Part shown: piece by piece, positions 1 through 9,508 of the stretch | How positions within the stretch are numbered: the first letter of the stretch is position 1 | How the letters are laid out: each line of letters opens with the position of its first letter | Virus record (IMG/VR): IMGVR_UViG_3300007511_000003 | Coordinates: 96,001 to 160,000 of that record | DNA from: a virus | Length of the DNA: 64,000 nt | Direction: 5' to 3' (one strand) | Program-made: the position numbers and the translations under genes | Notes under the pieces: generated by a model | What the model saw: only the letters and a program-made list of their open reading frames with translations | Told to the model about the DNA's origin: nothing | Databases searched by the model: none

Positions 1-636
1 CCTGTAGGTGTGATCGACTGCTTGGGATATGTCGAAGAGGGCAGGACCTGGGAATTTATTCAACGCCTCAATCATTTGTTGTTTAAGTGCGTTGGCCTCT
101 GGGTTGTTGTCACCCCAAGGCATATAGGTATCAACACTGCGTGCGATGCTGGAGAAATCAAAAGCGGCCCCAATGGTACCACCAAGAGGGATCGTAAGGA
201 GGAAACCATCATCGGCTTTTTTGACACGAATCTGGTTGGTTTTCTCTGCAATGGCTGCATGAGAGGCATCAGAAATTGCTAACCTTGGGTTCGGCTCCTT
301 GGGCTCGTCCCGCTGTACCTGGAGGTTATCCATAAAATGAGTAATGAATTCGTTCTGGGCCCCACTTACTGCCAGCCGAACAAACTCCCCAAACTTATGC
401 AGGACAGGCTTCAAAAAAGCCTTCTTGAAAGACTTGGGCTCAGGCACTGCCGCCTGGAGTTGGCTGCGAACGCCTGCTTCTTCCAAATAATGGAAGGGTT
501 TGACCTTGGACACCAATGGAACCGGGCGTTGCCAGCTGGAACGTGTGTTAACACGCCCGGTCACGCCGTTACGGCGTTGTACCTTCAGGCCCTTTATGAC
601 TTTACGGTTCGGGATCCTTAGTTTCAGTCGTCGCAT
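1..636 (-). CDS. Hypothetical phage protein, 3'-truncated by the window edge
   Basis: Manual translation from ATG at 636 (MRRLKLRIPNRK...) stays open to base 1; it is absent from the ORF track because it has no stop. Confidence 0.7.
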   Translation of the reverse strand, partial: MRRLKLRIPNRKVIKGLKVQRRNGVTGRVNTRSSWQRPVPLVSKVKPFHYLEEAGVRSQLQAAVPEPKSFKKAFLKPVLHKFGEFVRLAVSGAQNEFITHFMDNLQVQRDEPKEPNPRLAISDASHAAIAEKTNQIRVKKADDGFLLTIPLGGTIGAAFDFSSIARSVDTYMPWGDNNPEANALKQQMIEALNKFPGPALFDISQAVDHTYR

Positions 637-657
637 GTCACTTGTCCTCTATTATGC

Positions 658-1092
658 TTATTCAGCCGCCCGTTCCCAGACACGGTAGGCGCCGGATGGA
701 CCAAAATGGTTCAGGAGTGCTTCTGCCAATTGCCGTGCAAATGTTCGGTCTTCTTGTTGTTGGAAAAAATCTTGGTTATACATACGGGTGGCCCGTTCAA
801 ACCCAGCAGGCTGGCCCATGTCTTTTAGGTCGGAAACAATACGACCAATGGTACGATCACGCTCTTCATCGGTAAACGACACCAATTGCATGTACTTGGC
901 GTGTAACTTATCGTATGCCTCTGACAAAGAGTCCATTTGTTGGTTCAGGCGGGCATTGCGGGCATCCACCTGGTCCTCTGTCATGCCAGGGTCATACCCC
1001 TGTTTGAGGTCCTGCCGCAGTTCTGCCAACTCTTTGCCCATCTCATGGACTGGCTGTTGGAGGCCGATGATCCTAAGGGACTTTATGGTCAT
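658..1092 (-). CDS. Hypothetical helical protein
   Basis: 144-aa ORF with a GGAG RBS and a TGTAAATA motif at 1121-1128 upstream. Confidence 0.65.
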   Translation of the reverse strand: MTIKSLRIIGLQQPVHEMGKELAELRQDLKQGYDPGMTEDQVDARNARLNQQMDSLSEAYDKLHAKYMQLVSFTDEERDRTIGRIVSDLKDMGQPAGFERATRMYNQDFFQQQEDRTFARQLAEALLNHFGPSGAYRVWERAAE

Positions 1093-1165
1093 TTCTCATG
1101 CTCCTGTTCTACCGTGAATTTATTTACAGTAGAACCATATGAAATTAGCGTATGGTTCTTGTGGT

Positions 1166-1906
1166 TCAGAATAAACTCTTGGGGTTTTTGAGGGTCTTGA
1201 AGCGGTTCGCCCTCACAACTGGCAACCAAAGGCGCCGTTCAACAAAGGATAGGAACTGCTTCTTTGACACTACCCCATTACCCCTTACCCGAATAACCGG
1301 GTCCTGGTGGACCTCCACGGTGTAGGACAGGGTTGGACGACGATTGAGCTGTACACGTACCCCAGGGCAGACCTGACGCTGGAGGGACCCTCCCCTGGGC
1401 ATTGTGAACCCATGACCAGATAACTGTTTCACCAGGTCCCCGTACGCCGATAGAGTAGGGACCTTCAATTCGGCAGAGCTGGTGATCAGGAACCCAGAGT
1501 TTCGTTGAGCAACCAACCGATGAGGTTTCATCAAGCGAGCCGTTGACAGGAGCCCTGTTTTATCCAGAGCCGCCACCAGTTTACGCCGACCGTTGCCAAG
1601 GTAGTTCTCAATACGTTTGTTGGCCGATGCCCCTGAGGTATCCTGAACAGCCACCACATTGGCGTTCCGTGCCCGTTTCATGAACTCGGAGAGCGCCATC
1701 CGCCATTGGCTTTCGGGTGTTCCCAGGGCCCCCATCATCCCCAAGAACTCCTTGGACGCCATCATCTTGTCCCAGATTTTCCGGGCATCAGGGTTAAACC
1801 GTGGAGGATAAGCAGATTTGGTAGGACGTTTACCATGGTGGCGTGCTGCTACCCCAAGAGACTGGAGGTTAACCGAACCCTCCTCAATGTGTGTAAGTTC
1901 TTTCAT
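1166..1906 (-). CDS. Hypothetical basic protein
   Basis: 246-aa ORF tiling the minus-strand operon. Confidence 0.65.
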   Translation of the reverse strand: MKELTHIEEGSVNLQSLGVAARHHGKRPTKSAYPPRFNPDARKIWDKMMASKEFLGMMGALGTPESQWRMALSEFMKRARNANVVAVQDTSGASANKRIENYLGNGRRKLVAALDKTGLLSTARLMKPHRLVAQRNSGFLITSSAELKVPTLSAYGDLVKQLSGHGFTMPRGGSLQRQVCPGVRVQLNRRPTLSYTVEVHQDPVIRVRGNGVVSKKQFLSFVERRLWLPVVRANRFKTLKNPKSLF

Positions 1907-1913
1907 AGGGCCC

Positions 1914-2438
1914 TCACTTAATACCTGTCATGTCTACGAGGTCCCAGATGGTTTGGACCTGTTGAGTGGTAAAAGAATAATTTGGTATATCTTTGGCAGC
2001 CCATTCCCTTAAGGAGGTTCCTAATTCCAGGGACATGCCACCTCAGTCTGCAACCATGTCCACCAAATCCACATCTTGCATCCTGTCGTCCGCTCCATGG
2101 GCCTCGGGGTGGTGTAAGTTCATCCGCACATGGTGCTCAGAAGCACGATGAGTCCAGGCTTCAATCCCAGGAGGGTACTCATAAGGTGTAGGGGTGTCCT
2201 TGTGCTTATACCACCAGGAAATGAAGATGTAGGGCACCCGCTCTTGAGGGCCATACTTGGTACGATCATGGCCCTTCAGACGCTGCTTGAACAACGTAAG
2301 GTCCTCTGGATCAGCAAAGAACCTGAACAAAGAGGTGCCAGCCCGTTGTACTAACTTAATGTGTCGGGCCGTCCGATGCTCAAACCACCGCTCCATCTCT
2401 GCGGTGTATGTAGGAACCTTTACCGCCAACTCCTTCAC
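1914..2438 (-). pseudogene. HD-like phosphohydrolase (DUF5662-type) with an in-frame TGA at 2043-2045
   Basis: Motifs RHIKLV, HDRTKY, HHVRMNLHHPE and DLVDMVAD*; the frame continues 42 codons (GGMSLELGTSLREWAAK...) to TGA at 1914; Trp is expected at the TGA position. Confidence 0.6.
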
Positions 2439-2740
2439 CGTGAGCCTCTCATGTGTTTGTGTTTACGGACGTGGCACCGATCACACACGGCCATCAAGTT
2501 ACTCATGGAATCGGAACCTCCCCTAGACTTTGGGCGAATATGGTGGGCTTCTAACTTCCCACCTCGCGCCTTACGGGCTGACGCGGTCTCACCACATGAC
2601 CGACAAGTGTGGTTATCTCGTTCACGAACACGGGCTGATAACTGGGCCCACTGGGACCCATACCCAGGACGTTGGATACGGGTCACCCCACCGGATTTAC
2701 GATAAAAGCGTGTCATCCTTGTAACCACCAAGGTAGGCAC
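2435..2740 (-). CDS. Small HNH endonuclease
   Basis: RERDNHTCRSCG...LEAHHI...GGSDSMSNLMAVCDRCH. Confidence 0.9.
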   Translation of the reverse strand: MPTLVVTRMTRFYRKSGGVTRIQRPGYGSQWAQLSARVRERDNHTCRSCGETASARKARGGKLEAHHIRPKSRGGSDSMSNLMAVCDRCHVRKHKHMRGSR

Positions 2741-2762
2741 CCGAGGTATCCATCCATACCGT

Positions 2763-3410
2763 TTACTCCATTGATTCGACCATCTTTTCCTTTATGTGCC
2801 CTCGCTGTGACTCAATGTATCGAGCAATCGTACCGGCACTCTCACGCGCCAAATTGTTCAATTGAGGATGCCTGTGCTCTGGCACATAGGTTTCCAATGA
2901 TCTCTTGAGATTGTGTAAGCTATCAATCACCACCTGCGCGATACCGATAAAGGCGGGATCGATTATTTCCGATGACAGTTGCAGAGCCAGTTGCCTACCA
3001 TCCCTCTCTGCCTGCATGTCTGCAATTAGCTCCCTTGCTTGGGAAACCAGACTGTTTAAGGCATAGGCAGCCCTCTCTGAACCCTCCTGCCTGTACTTGT
3101 CTTCTGCTATGGGTATCAGGTCCATCAGGGACTTCAACATAGTACGCTGAAACCGATTGACCGCGCTCTCTGTCTGCTGGTCTTCCAGTAGGGATGCGAT
3201 TTCTGTTACGTCATCCTTAAACAAAGAACGCAGGTTCTTCAAACGACGTGCTTGTTGACGCTGTTTCTTGGTCAAGCCGCTAGACGGGGGCCTCCCCTCT
3301 TTATGAGAGGAAGAGACCTTGCCCGCCCGCGATTTTTTTAACCGCTGCGACTTAACATGTGATACAGCCACATCCCGACGTTGGGCATATTGCTTACCCC
3401 TGACTGTCAT
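2763..3410 (-). CDS. Hypothetical protein, possibly terminase small subunit
   Basis: Basic N-terminus plus helical body (SERAAYALNSLVSQARELIADM); lies next to a small HNH; the function is weak inference. Confidence 0.45.
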   Translation of the reverse strand: MTVRGKQYAQRRDVAVSHVKSQRLKKSRAGKVSSSHKEGRPPSSGLTKKQRQQARRLKNLRSLFKDDVTEIASLLEDQQTESAVNRFQRTMLKSLMDLIPIAEDKYRQEGSERAAYALNSLVSQARELIADMQAERDGRQLALQLSSEIIDPAFIGIAQVVIDSLHNLKRSLETYVPEHRHPQLNNLARESAGTIARYIESQRGHIKEKMVESME

Positions 3411-3572
3411 TAGGCTCCCTCCAGTTAATATTCAGGATGTGTTGGACCCTTACCAATCAGAGAGATAGTTTATGCCCGTGTCCTGACGGCCACAACTACA
3501 CTGGTACCCGGAAACAGGTAACCCACACGAAATCCCATTGTTACAAACCCAGTCTCAAATCTCATAAATAAT

Positions 3573-3941
3573 TTACATTGGTCCCACATAGATGGTCTTT
3601 GAGTGCGGAGACAGCACGATACCGTTGTATTCCCCGGACTTCCCAAAGGTTGGCGGAACAATATAATATTCTGGACCATTCCCCATATTAACATCCGGGA
3701 AGTCCGTGTCCTCGTCAGGAGTGGGTTTCCACTTGGCGGCCCTCATCGCCTTTTTGAGAGCACCCTCACCAGCAAAACGTAGGAGCTTGTAGGTATCCAT
3801 AGTACCGGTAACCTTGGGCCCGATCTTGAAACCATTGGCCACCAGTTGTTCCACCATCACCTCGTAAGGTTCGCCCCAAGGTTCATCCTCGGCTGTTTCT
3901 TTAAGACGAGCCAGTGCCTGTTGGTGGGTGTTCATGGTCAC
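3573..3941 (-). CDS. Small protein with N-terminal HQQALARL tag
   Basis: MTMNTHQQALARLKETA; overlaps the upstream stop. Confidence 0.7.
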   Translation of the reverse strand: MTMNTHQQALARLKETAEDEPWGEPYEVMVEQLVANGFKIGPKVTGTMDTYKLLRFAGEGALKKAMRAAKWKPTPDEDTDFPDVNMGNGPEYYIVPPTFGKSGEYNGIVLSPHSKTIYVGPM

Positions 3942-4234
3942 TCCATCTTGAAAAGTTTTTGAAAGTTGGCTACTTCCAGTATTCTACGGACGCCAGGACG
4001 TGCGTGACGTAATACTACACGCTTGGGTCCTAGCTTTTCGTTGGCTATTAACAGAATACCAAGGGCAGCACTATCAATGTACCTGGCATGTCTTAGGTCA
4101 ACCACAAGATTCTGGTCGGGTTTAACCTGGTCCATAGCCTTCCGAAACATACCATGACATTCAAATTGGAAGGTACTGGGTGGTACAAACACCACTTCCT
4201 TACTATCCGAGTGTATTTTGCACTCCTGTTCCAC
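3938..4234 (-). CDS. STAS-domain anti-sigma factor antagonist (SpoIIAA/RsbV-like)
   Basis: LVVDLRHARYIDSAALGILL and VRRILEVANFQKLF match the STAS signature, including the phospho-acceptor Ser. Confidence 0.9.
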   Translation of the reverse strand: MEQECKIHSDSKEVVFVPPSTFQFECHGMFRKAMDQVKPDQNLVVDLRHARYIDSAALGILLIANEKLGPKRVVLRHARPGVRRILEVANFQKLFKME

Positions 4235-4938
4235 TATGATACTCCACTTGCGAAGTCTATTGCCATCTGCTTCGCGTCATCCATCGTTTCCGCCTGCCAC
4301 TCCCCACGCCCTCTGTTAAACTGCTCAACATGGTCTGTATAGATGACCTGACTTTCATCACCTTTTGGCCAAATTTCATAGGATACATGGATGTTTACAC
4401 TGTCACCGTCCTCGTGGAGAGTGATCTCTTTGTTCTGGTACATGTCATCTGAGTACCATGCCTCAACGTCCTCGAGGAATTCCTGTGGGTCGGAAGGGTG
4501 AAAAGCACAATCACCTTTCTTGACTTTGGAGCCGACTCCAAACCCATACATGGCGCGGTGACTCCACCCATACCACTTTTGTTTGGCCTCACAGTATCCA
4601 ACAGAGCAGACATTGTGGTCGGGTGCTGACAGTTCGGGTACGATTCCTCGTTTTGCCAAAGAGGCAGCGAACTCGGGATCCCCTATATAATCCCCATCTA
4701 GGTTGTATGCACTCTTCATCTCCAGCGGCTTATTGGAACCCGACTCTCCAGGCGGAATCTCTTCGGTCCTCACTTGGTAAGTAGGGAACGTCTGTATGCT
4801 TAGGACCTTTCGCAAACTCGACAAGGAGAGCCGGGCTAGGGCCTGAAACCTCAGGCCCTTGCTAGGCACCATGGCACAAACTTGGCCGCGGTGTATTACT
4901 GGAATACGTGGAAGCAGGACAACCCGTAGGGATTTCAT
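4234..4938 (-). CDS. Phage hypothetical protein (WYGWSHRA motif)
   Basis: 234-aa ORF with CSVGY...KWYGWSHRAMYGF...AKQMAIDFA. Confidence 0.7.
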   Translation of the reverse strand: MKSLRVVLLPRIPVIHRGQVCAMVPSKGLRFQALARLSLSSLRKVLSIQTFPTYQVRTEEIPPGESGSNKPLEMKSAYNLDGDYIGDPEFAASLAKRGIVPELSAPDHNVCSVGYCEAKQKWYGWSHRAMYGFGVGSKVKKGDCAFHPSDPQEFLEDVEAWYSDDMYQNKEITLHEDGDSVNIHVSYEIWPKGDESQVIYTDHVEQFNRGRGEWQAETMDDAKQMAIDFASGVS

Positions 4939-4941
4939 AAA

Positions 4942-5188
4942 TCAGGCTTGGAACAAGGCATTACCCTTACCCTTCATATCACGCATGGAATCGGAATATT
5001 GGCCTTTACGGCGGAGCAAGGACCAGAAAGCTTTGGCTTTCTTCCGGTCACCGTCAGGGAGCGGCGTAAACAACAGTTGTTCGAAGAACACCAGGTCTTC
5101 AGGGATTTGGAGTTCATTGCGTGTATGTTCGTAGGAAGTCGCCTGCTGTTTCCTGAAGGCGAGCCAACGCCTGTTGGTGGATGTTCAT
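4942..5188 (-). pseudogene. Frameshifted HQQALARL-tag small protein
   Basis: ATG at 5188 gives MNIHQQALARLQETAGDFLRTYTQ*; the +1 frame, which has no start of its own, continues NELQIPEDLVFFEQLL...ALFQA* to 4942. Confidence 0.5.
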
Positions 5189-5190
5189 GG

Positions 5191-5364
5191 TTATTTCCTC
5201 TTGGCACGCCGCACAGCAATCTTTTTCTTGTTCTTCTTGCGGTACTGTTGCTGCTGCTTCTGGATCTTGGCCTTGTTCTTTTGGTAGTACTTCTGGCGGG
5301 CCTTCTTCTTGGCCGGATTTTTCTCAGGCTTCCGCTTGGGCTTCAGGGCAGTGACGGTGGGCAT
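5191..5364 (-). CDS. 57-aa very basic protein (possible DNA-condensing core protein)
   Basis: Manual translation MPTVTALKPKRKPEKNPAKKKARQKYYQKNKAKIQKQQQQYRKKNKKKIAVRRAKRK; AAGGAG RBS. Confidence 0.65.
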   Translation of the reverse strand: MPTVTALKPKRKPEKNPAKKKARQKYYQKNKAKIQKQQQQYRKKNKKKIAVRRAKRK

Positions 5365-5369
5365 CTGCT

Positions 5370-5477
5370 TTACTCCTTAACTTGAGTGGTTTTACGTTCG
5401 TGATTACGTACCGCCATATCATTGGCAGCACTCCAGGCCTGACGCAGCCGGGCCAATGCTTCTTTGTGTGGGTCCAT
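5370..5477 (-). CDS. 35-aa peptide with HKEALARL tag
   Basis: MDPHKEALARLRQAWSA...; GGAGG RBS directly upstream. Confidence 0.5.
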   Translation of the reverse strand: MDPHKEALARLRQAWSAANDMAVRNHERKTTQVKE

Positions 5478-5761
5478 TGAGACCTCCCTTTTTGAAAAGT
5501 TGACGCCAAGATACGTTACAGCTCAAGACGCCGCTGATAAAACCAATGGTTAAAGCCGGCATTCCAATAATGATGAGTGCCGAAACAAGGTCGAGGGGCG
5601 GAATAAAATCAAACATGGCGGGCCTCCAATTGATGGGTCCACCATTCACATTCCCAGCAACAGCCTCATTTTTACCCATGCAAAAAACATCGCACCACCT
5701 ACTATATACAGTAATCCCATAAAGAACAGCTCTTCCTTCCAGTGAGGGCCCCTTGGATCTT

Positions 5762-6730
5762 TCATTTTTCTAGGTTGAACGTCTCAACCAGCTCTTCCCT
5801 AGTCATGATCTTGATGCCAAGGTTAACCGCTTTCCGCTCCTTGGAACTGCCAGTACCTTTAAGTTTCATCACCAGGACTGTCACTTTCCTGGAGATGCCG
5901 CTGGCGATAGTACCGCCCTCACGTTCGATTTGTTCTTGTAAGTCTTTATCCCTGAAGCCGGTAAACACCACAATCTCACCCGACATCTTGTCACCCTCTG
6001 GAGGAGCCACAGGACCTAGTGTTTCAATGGTAATCAGGCGTTTGATGGGTTTTACGAAGGCCTGGAATTTGGGAAATCCTTGGGCAAACTGCTTGGCACG
6101 CTTACTGCTGAACCCAGATACAGACAGGGCCATATGCTCCAAGTCCCGAGGGTTAGGTCTGTTAAGATCCATGATCTGCGGGTATTTCTCAACCAGTGGT
6201 GTTAACTGCCGTACACCAAAGCCAGGACCGAATACCCCAGAAGCCGCCATCAATACGGGCAGAGACACTGGATTCAAAGCTTTCTTAATCCCGGTGACGA
6301 TGGTGGTGGCCGTTTTATCCTGGATGCCAGGAACCGCCATCAAGTCTTTTTTCGTGGCTCGGATAACGGCTTCGATGGAGTCGATTCCATGAGTAGCCAA
6401 CCGTTGGATTGTACCTTGAGCAAAGTTTTCGACTTCAATGGCCTTAAAAAACCAAGCAATTTGTTTTACCAACTGTTCGTCGGTGTCCCCCGTGGCGCGT
6501 ATATCGACACCAGAGGAAGTCCATTCAAAGTTACCGTCTTCCGGTAATCCTGCCTTGCGGCTAGGAGCAACAACCTCCAAAATATGCGGGATAACATCTC
6601 CACTCCTTGTAATCTTGAGGACCGCACCAGGCCCTACCTTGTTGTCGTTGATGAACTTGGCATTGAAACCAGTTACCCGACGGATAGTTACCCCTCCCAA
6701 TCTAACACCAGGACGTACACTTTTAGCCAT
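5762..6730 (-). CDS. ligA: NAD-dependent DNA ligase, C-terminal fragment (rest of OB fold, HhH, BRCT)
   Basis: LGGVTIRRVTGFNAKFI, ITRSGDVIPHI, HhH VPGIQDKTA, BRCT VVFTGFRD...SSKERKA; has its own AAGGGGA RBS. Confidence 0.9.
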   Translation of the reverse strand: MAKSVRPGVRLGGVTIRRVTGFNAKFINDNKVGPGAVLKITRSGDVIPHILEVVAPSRKAGLPEDGNFEWTSSGVDIRATGDTDEQLVKQIAWFFKAIEVENFAQGTIQRLATHGIDSIEAVIRATKKDLMAVPGIQDKTATTIVTGIKKALNPVSLPVLMAASGVFGPGFGVRQLTPLVEKYPQIMDLNRPNPRDLEHMALSVSGFSSKRAKQFAQGFPKFQAFVKPIKRLITIETLGPVAPPEGDKMSGEIVVFTGFRDKDLQEQIEREGGTIASGISRKVTVLVMKLKGTGSSKERKAVNLGIKIMTREELVETFNLEK

Positions 6731-7760
6731 GGTGTATCCCCTTTAAAATCTGAGTGCGTGTCTTCCGATACCAACCTCGTGGCAAAACTATGCGTTTGGG
6801 GGAGCCGTTATCATTTTGCATAACCAAAAGTCGAAAGATAAAACCATCCTTCATTGTCTGTCGGGCTTTAGCACACAAAATGTGCCATAAACGGTCAGGG
6901 GAGCTTTTATGTAATCTATGGTTTGTTAATCCTGCCGTGTGTAAAGACTTTACTTCTATAAGTATGTTACGGTCCGGGAGGAACAAATCGGGGTAGTACC
7001 TACGGTTCTTTCCGTCAAGTTGGTAATATACAACCGGCACTTCGCGGTCACTAAATACTCGGATCCTTGAAGGATCCACCCCTTTTTTGTGGAGTAACCA
7101 ATCCAATGCTAGGTCTTCATATCCTTGTACCTGAACGACCCGGGAACCTAACGTATAAGAATGATAAAATCTTGTGCTGGAACAAGCATTACATGCCAAG
7201 CCTCGTTTAGCCAACACGGAAGAAGGGCGGGCCGTAAATAAGGCACCGCAAGAAAGGCATTTATGTTCTATTGGAACACTAATACCCTTATACACTCCTA
7301 TAGGCTGTAGGGCTTTACCTAATTTCTCCAACCTCTCACCGTATCTCTCTGTGGTATGTAGGCCATGTTTTGACGGGTTGCATGATCGACAACCAACACC
7401 ACGTTTAACAGCCTCTGTGGTATACCAATCCTGGGTATTACAAAACTTACATTGATACAGGTTTTTGGCATTCTTCAACCGACGATAACCTTCCATAACA
7501 TAAAAGGAAGAGTTACGGATTTCTGTCATATGGTTGCACATCGAATGGAAATTCTGCAACCTATCAGAGCAGGCAGGGCAGTTAAGGAACCCGTTTTTCG
7601 TGGTCCTGGGTTTAGTTATAAACCCATTACCGCAGATCTTACAATAATGGCTACAAGGTACGTGAACACCGGAATACCCGGAAAGGTACCCTACCAAAGT
7701 AGAATCCAAGGATTTAATATACTCTTGTTCTCTTACCTCGAGAGATTTAGACATACCCAT
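6723..7760 (-). mobile_element. Free-standing homing-type endonuclease (tandem CxxC Zn ribbons + PD-(D/E)XK nuclease) inserted in ligA
   Basis: Multiple CxxC pairs and RRYYPDLFLPDRNILIEVKS; visibly more AT-rich than its flanks; overlaps both ligase fragments. Confidence 0.8.
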
Positions 7761-8743
7761 TACATCGGTTCCACTATGACAGTAGGTTTCAAAATACCAT
7801 GCTTAGACACGTTCCATTCTACACTCACCACCCTACATTTCACTATCTGATCCTCCATCAACATCTTGAAGGCTACGCTGTACCGAGGGTTGCCAGATGT
7901 GGCGCGTTTGTATATTGAGTCCTGTGTGACCACCAGACCGTCTATGGCAAACTTAGAGCTCTTCCGCCTCGCAATGAGTCTGTCAGAGAGTGTCTGGGCG
8001 TCCAGGACCTTATAGGCCTTGGCAGGAGCGACCGTGAATCCAAGCTGGTGTTTCAGGTAGTTGAGCTGTTCGGAGGGTTTCTTGCGTGGAACGATGAGTT
8101 CGTAGCACACCAAGGTGGCGTCTTTGAGGGCAGGGCTGACATCCGGGCGGTTGACCAACCCACCCATGAAATTCCGTGGGTTTGCGAAGTCCTTGGCGTA
8201 CTTCTTGAACGCCGTCTCGGACATGATGATCTCGGCCCGTACCGCGAAGGTGTCCTGTGTCTTGGGAAGCCCAAGAATTGGCACCATGGACGTTACATCC
8301 TGTCCGACCTTACCGTTACCTCGGGTAAACAGTTGGTACCGGCCCTTGGTACAGATGATAAGCATTGAGATGCCGTCCATCTTGTCCGACACCACGTAGG
8401 GCCCTGGGTTGGCGTCAAACCAACGGTCAAGGTCTGGAGTGTTGGGTTTGATCTTGTCGAGGGAACCCATCCAATAGGGCAGTTTTTGTTTCTTACCCTG
8501 ATCGACAGGAGCGCCTACTTTTTGGAGCAAAGGGCTGTCAGGGAACCTCTGGCGGAACGTATCCTCAATCGCGTCAAACTCGGCGTCTGACAAGAAAGGG
8601 CTTCCCTTGTAGTACGTGTTCTTGGCCCGGCGGTATAACTGACGTAGCAGCCGAGCGGACAACTTTGAGGCATAACCTCCAGGGTCTGCCTTTAGGGCTG
8701 TCAAATCGAACTCATACGCTGCCACTTCCCTCAACCTTTTCAT
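7760..8743 (-). CDS. ligA: NAD-dependent DNA ligase, N-terminal fragment (domain Ia + adenylation domain)
   Basis: YY...LSDAEFD, MGSLDK, SDKMDGIS (KxDG), TRGNG, ANPRN, IDGLVV, VAFK; ends GILKPTVIVEPM*. Confidence 0.92.
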   Translation of the reverse strand: MKRLREVAAYEFDLTALKADPGGYASKLSARLLRQLYRRAKNTYYKGSPFLSDAEFDAIEDTFRQRFPDSPLLQKVGAPVDQGKKQKLPYWMGSLDKIKPNTPDLDRWFDANPGPYVVSDKMDGISMLIICTKGRYQLFTRGNGKVGQDVTSMVPILGLPKTQDTFAVRAEIIMSETAFKKYAKDFANPRNFMGGLVNRPDVSPALKDATLVCYELIVPRKKPSEQLNYLKHQLGFTVAPAKAYKVLDAQTLSDRLIARRKSSKFAIDGLVVTQDSIYKRATSGNPRYSVAFKMLMEDQIVKCRVVSVEWNVSKHGILKPTVIVEPM

Positions 8744-9057
8744 CCGTCCAGTACCTGCTCTGTGGATGACTCATCATAATCTTCGTCCGCGTCACCAGCC
8801 TGACTTACCTCCATCTCCATGTCTTCCAACAAGGAACTTGCTTGGCTGAGCAGAGCATGGAGTTTCTTACTGTCACCAAGGAAACCAGGATCCAGACGCT
8901 TGAGTTCCTTGGACAGAGGAGACCCTGGAGTTTTGGTCATCGTCAAGGCATCTTCGACCATCGTGTATAATTTGTCGATGATTTTCAGGGCAGGGTCTGC
9001 GGTACCTGCCTGTTGGCATTGTCTGAGGCGTGCCACCGCTTGTCGTGTCGTGGTCAT
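8740..9057 (-). CDS. Small protein with RQAVARL tag
   Basis: Likely start MTTTRQAVARLRQCQQA at 9057. Confidence 0.6.
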   Translation of the reverse strand: MTTTRQAVARLRQCQQAGTADPALKIIDKLYTMVEDALTMTKTPGSPLSKELKRLDPGFLGDSKKLHALLSQASSLLEDMEMEVSQAGDADEDYDESSTEQVLDG

Positions 9058-9073
9058 TTCGTCTTCCTTTGGG

Positions 9074-9508
9074 TTACAGGGATTTGTAAACCAAGTCATC
9101 CAATTCACGGATAACCTGGTGGGTAGAAGAGCGTAAACACCGCAGGGTATCTTGTGGTGTACCCTGCTTATAAAGCAAGTTGGCTAGGCCCCGGGCTTTG
9201 CTTCTCTTTTCTAACCAACGTTGGCACAATTCTTGGGCAGTAGTAAGGGCCTTTAAAGCATGAAGAATATATAACCGCCCTGCGAGTTCCTGGACATCGT
9301 AGTAATCCAGGCTAGATACCCCATCAAACAAGGTAAGAACCTGAAGAACATCTTGTGGGTATTGTTGGTCAGACTGGGCTACAAAATCATCAAGATCAAA
9401 GTCTGAGCCAGACCCAGACCGAGTGGGCTCCAAGGCGTCAAAACTTGCGTTAACCGAGGAGCGGCCCATTCTTTTCAGGCGAGTTAAGGCTTGTTTGTGG
9501 GTGCTCAT
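9074..9508 (-). CDS. Small protein with HKQALTRL tag
   Basis: MSTHKQALTRLKR; ATGA overlap. Confidence 0.65.
   Translation of the reverse strand: MSTHKQALTRLKRMGRSSVNASFDALEPTRSGSGSDFDLDDFVAQSDQQYPQDVLQVLTLFDGVSSLDYYDVQELAGRLYILHALKALTTAQELCQRWLEKRSKARGLANLLYKQGTPQDTLRCLRSSTHQVIRELDDLVYKSL

Noticed and set aside
6723-7760. Group I intron or intein in ligA
   Set aside because: No flanking non-coding sequence for a ribozyme core and no Cys/Ser...His-Asn intein ends; the downstream fragment has its own RBS
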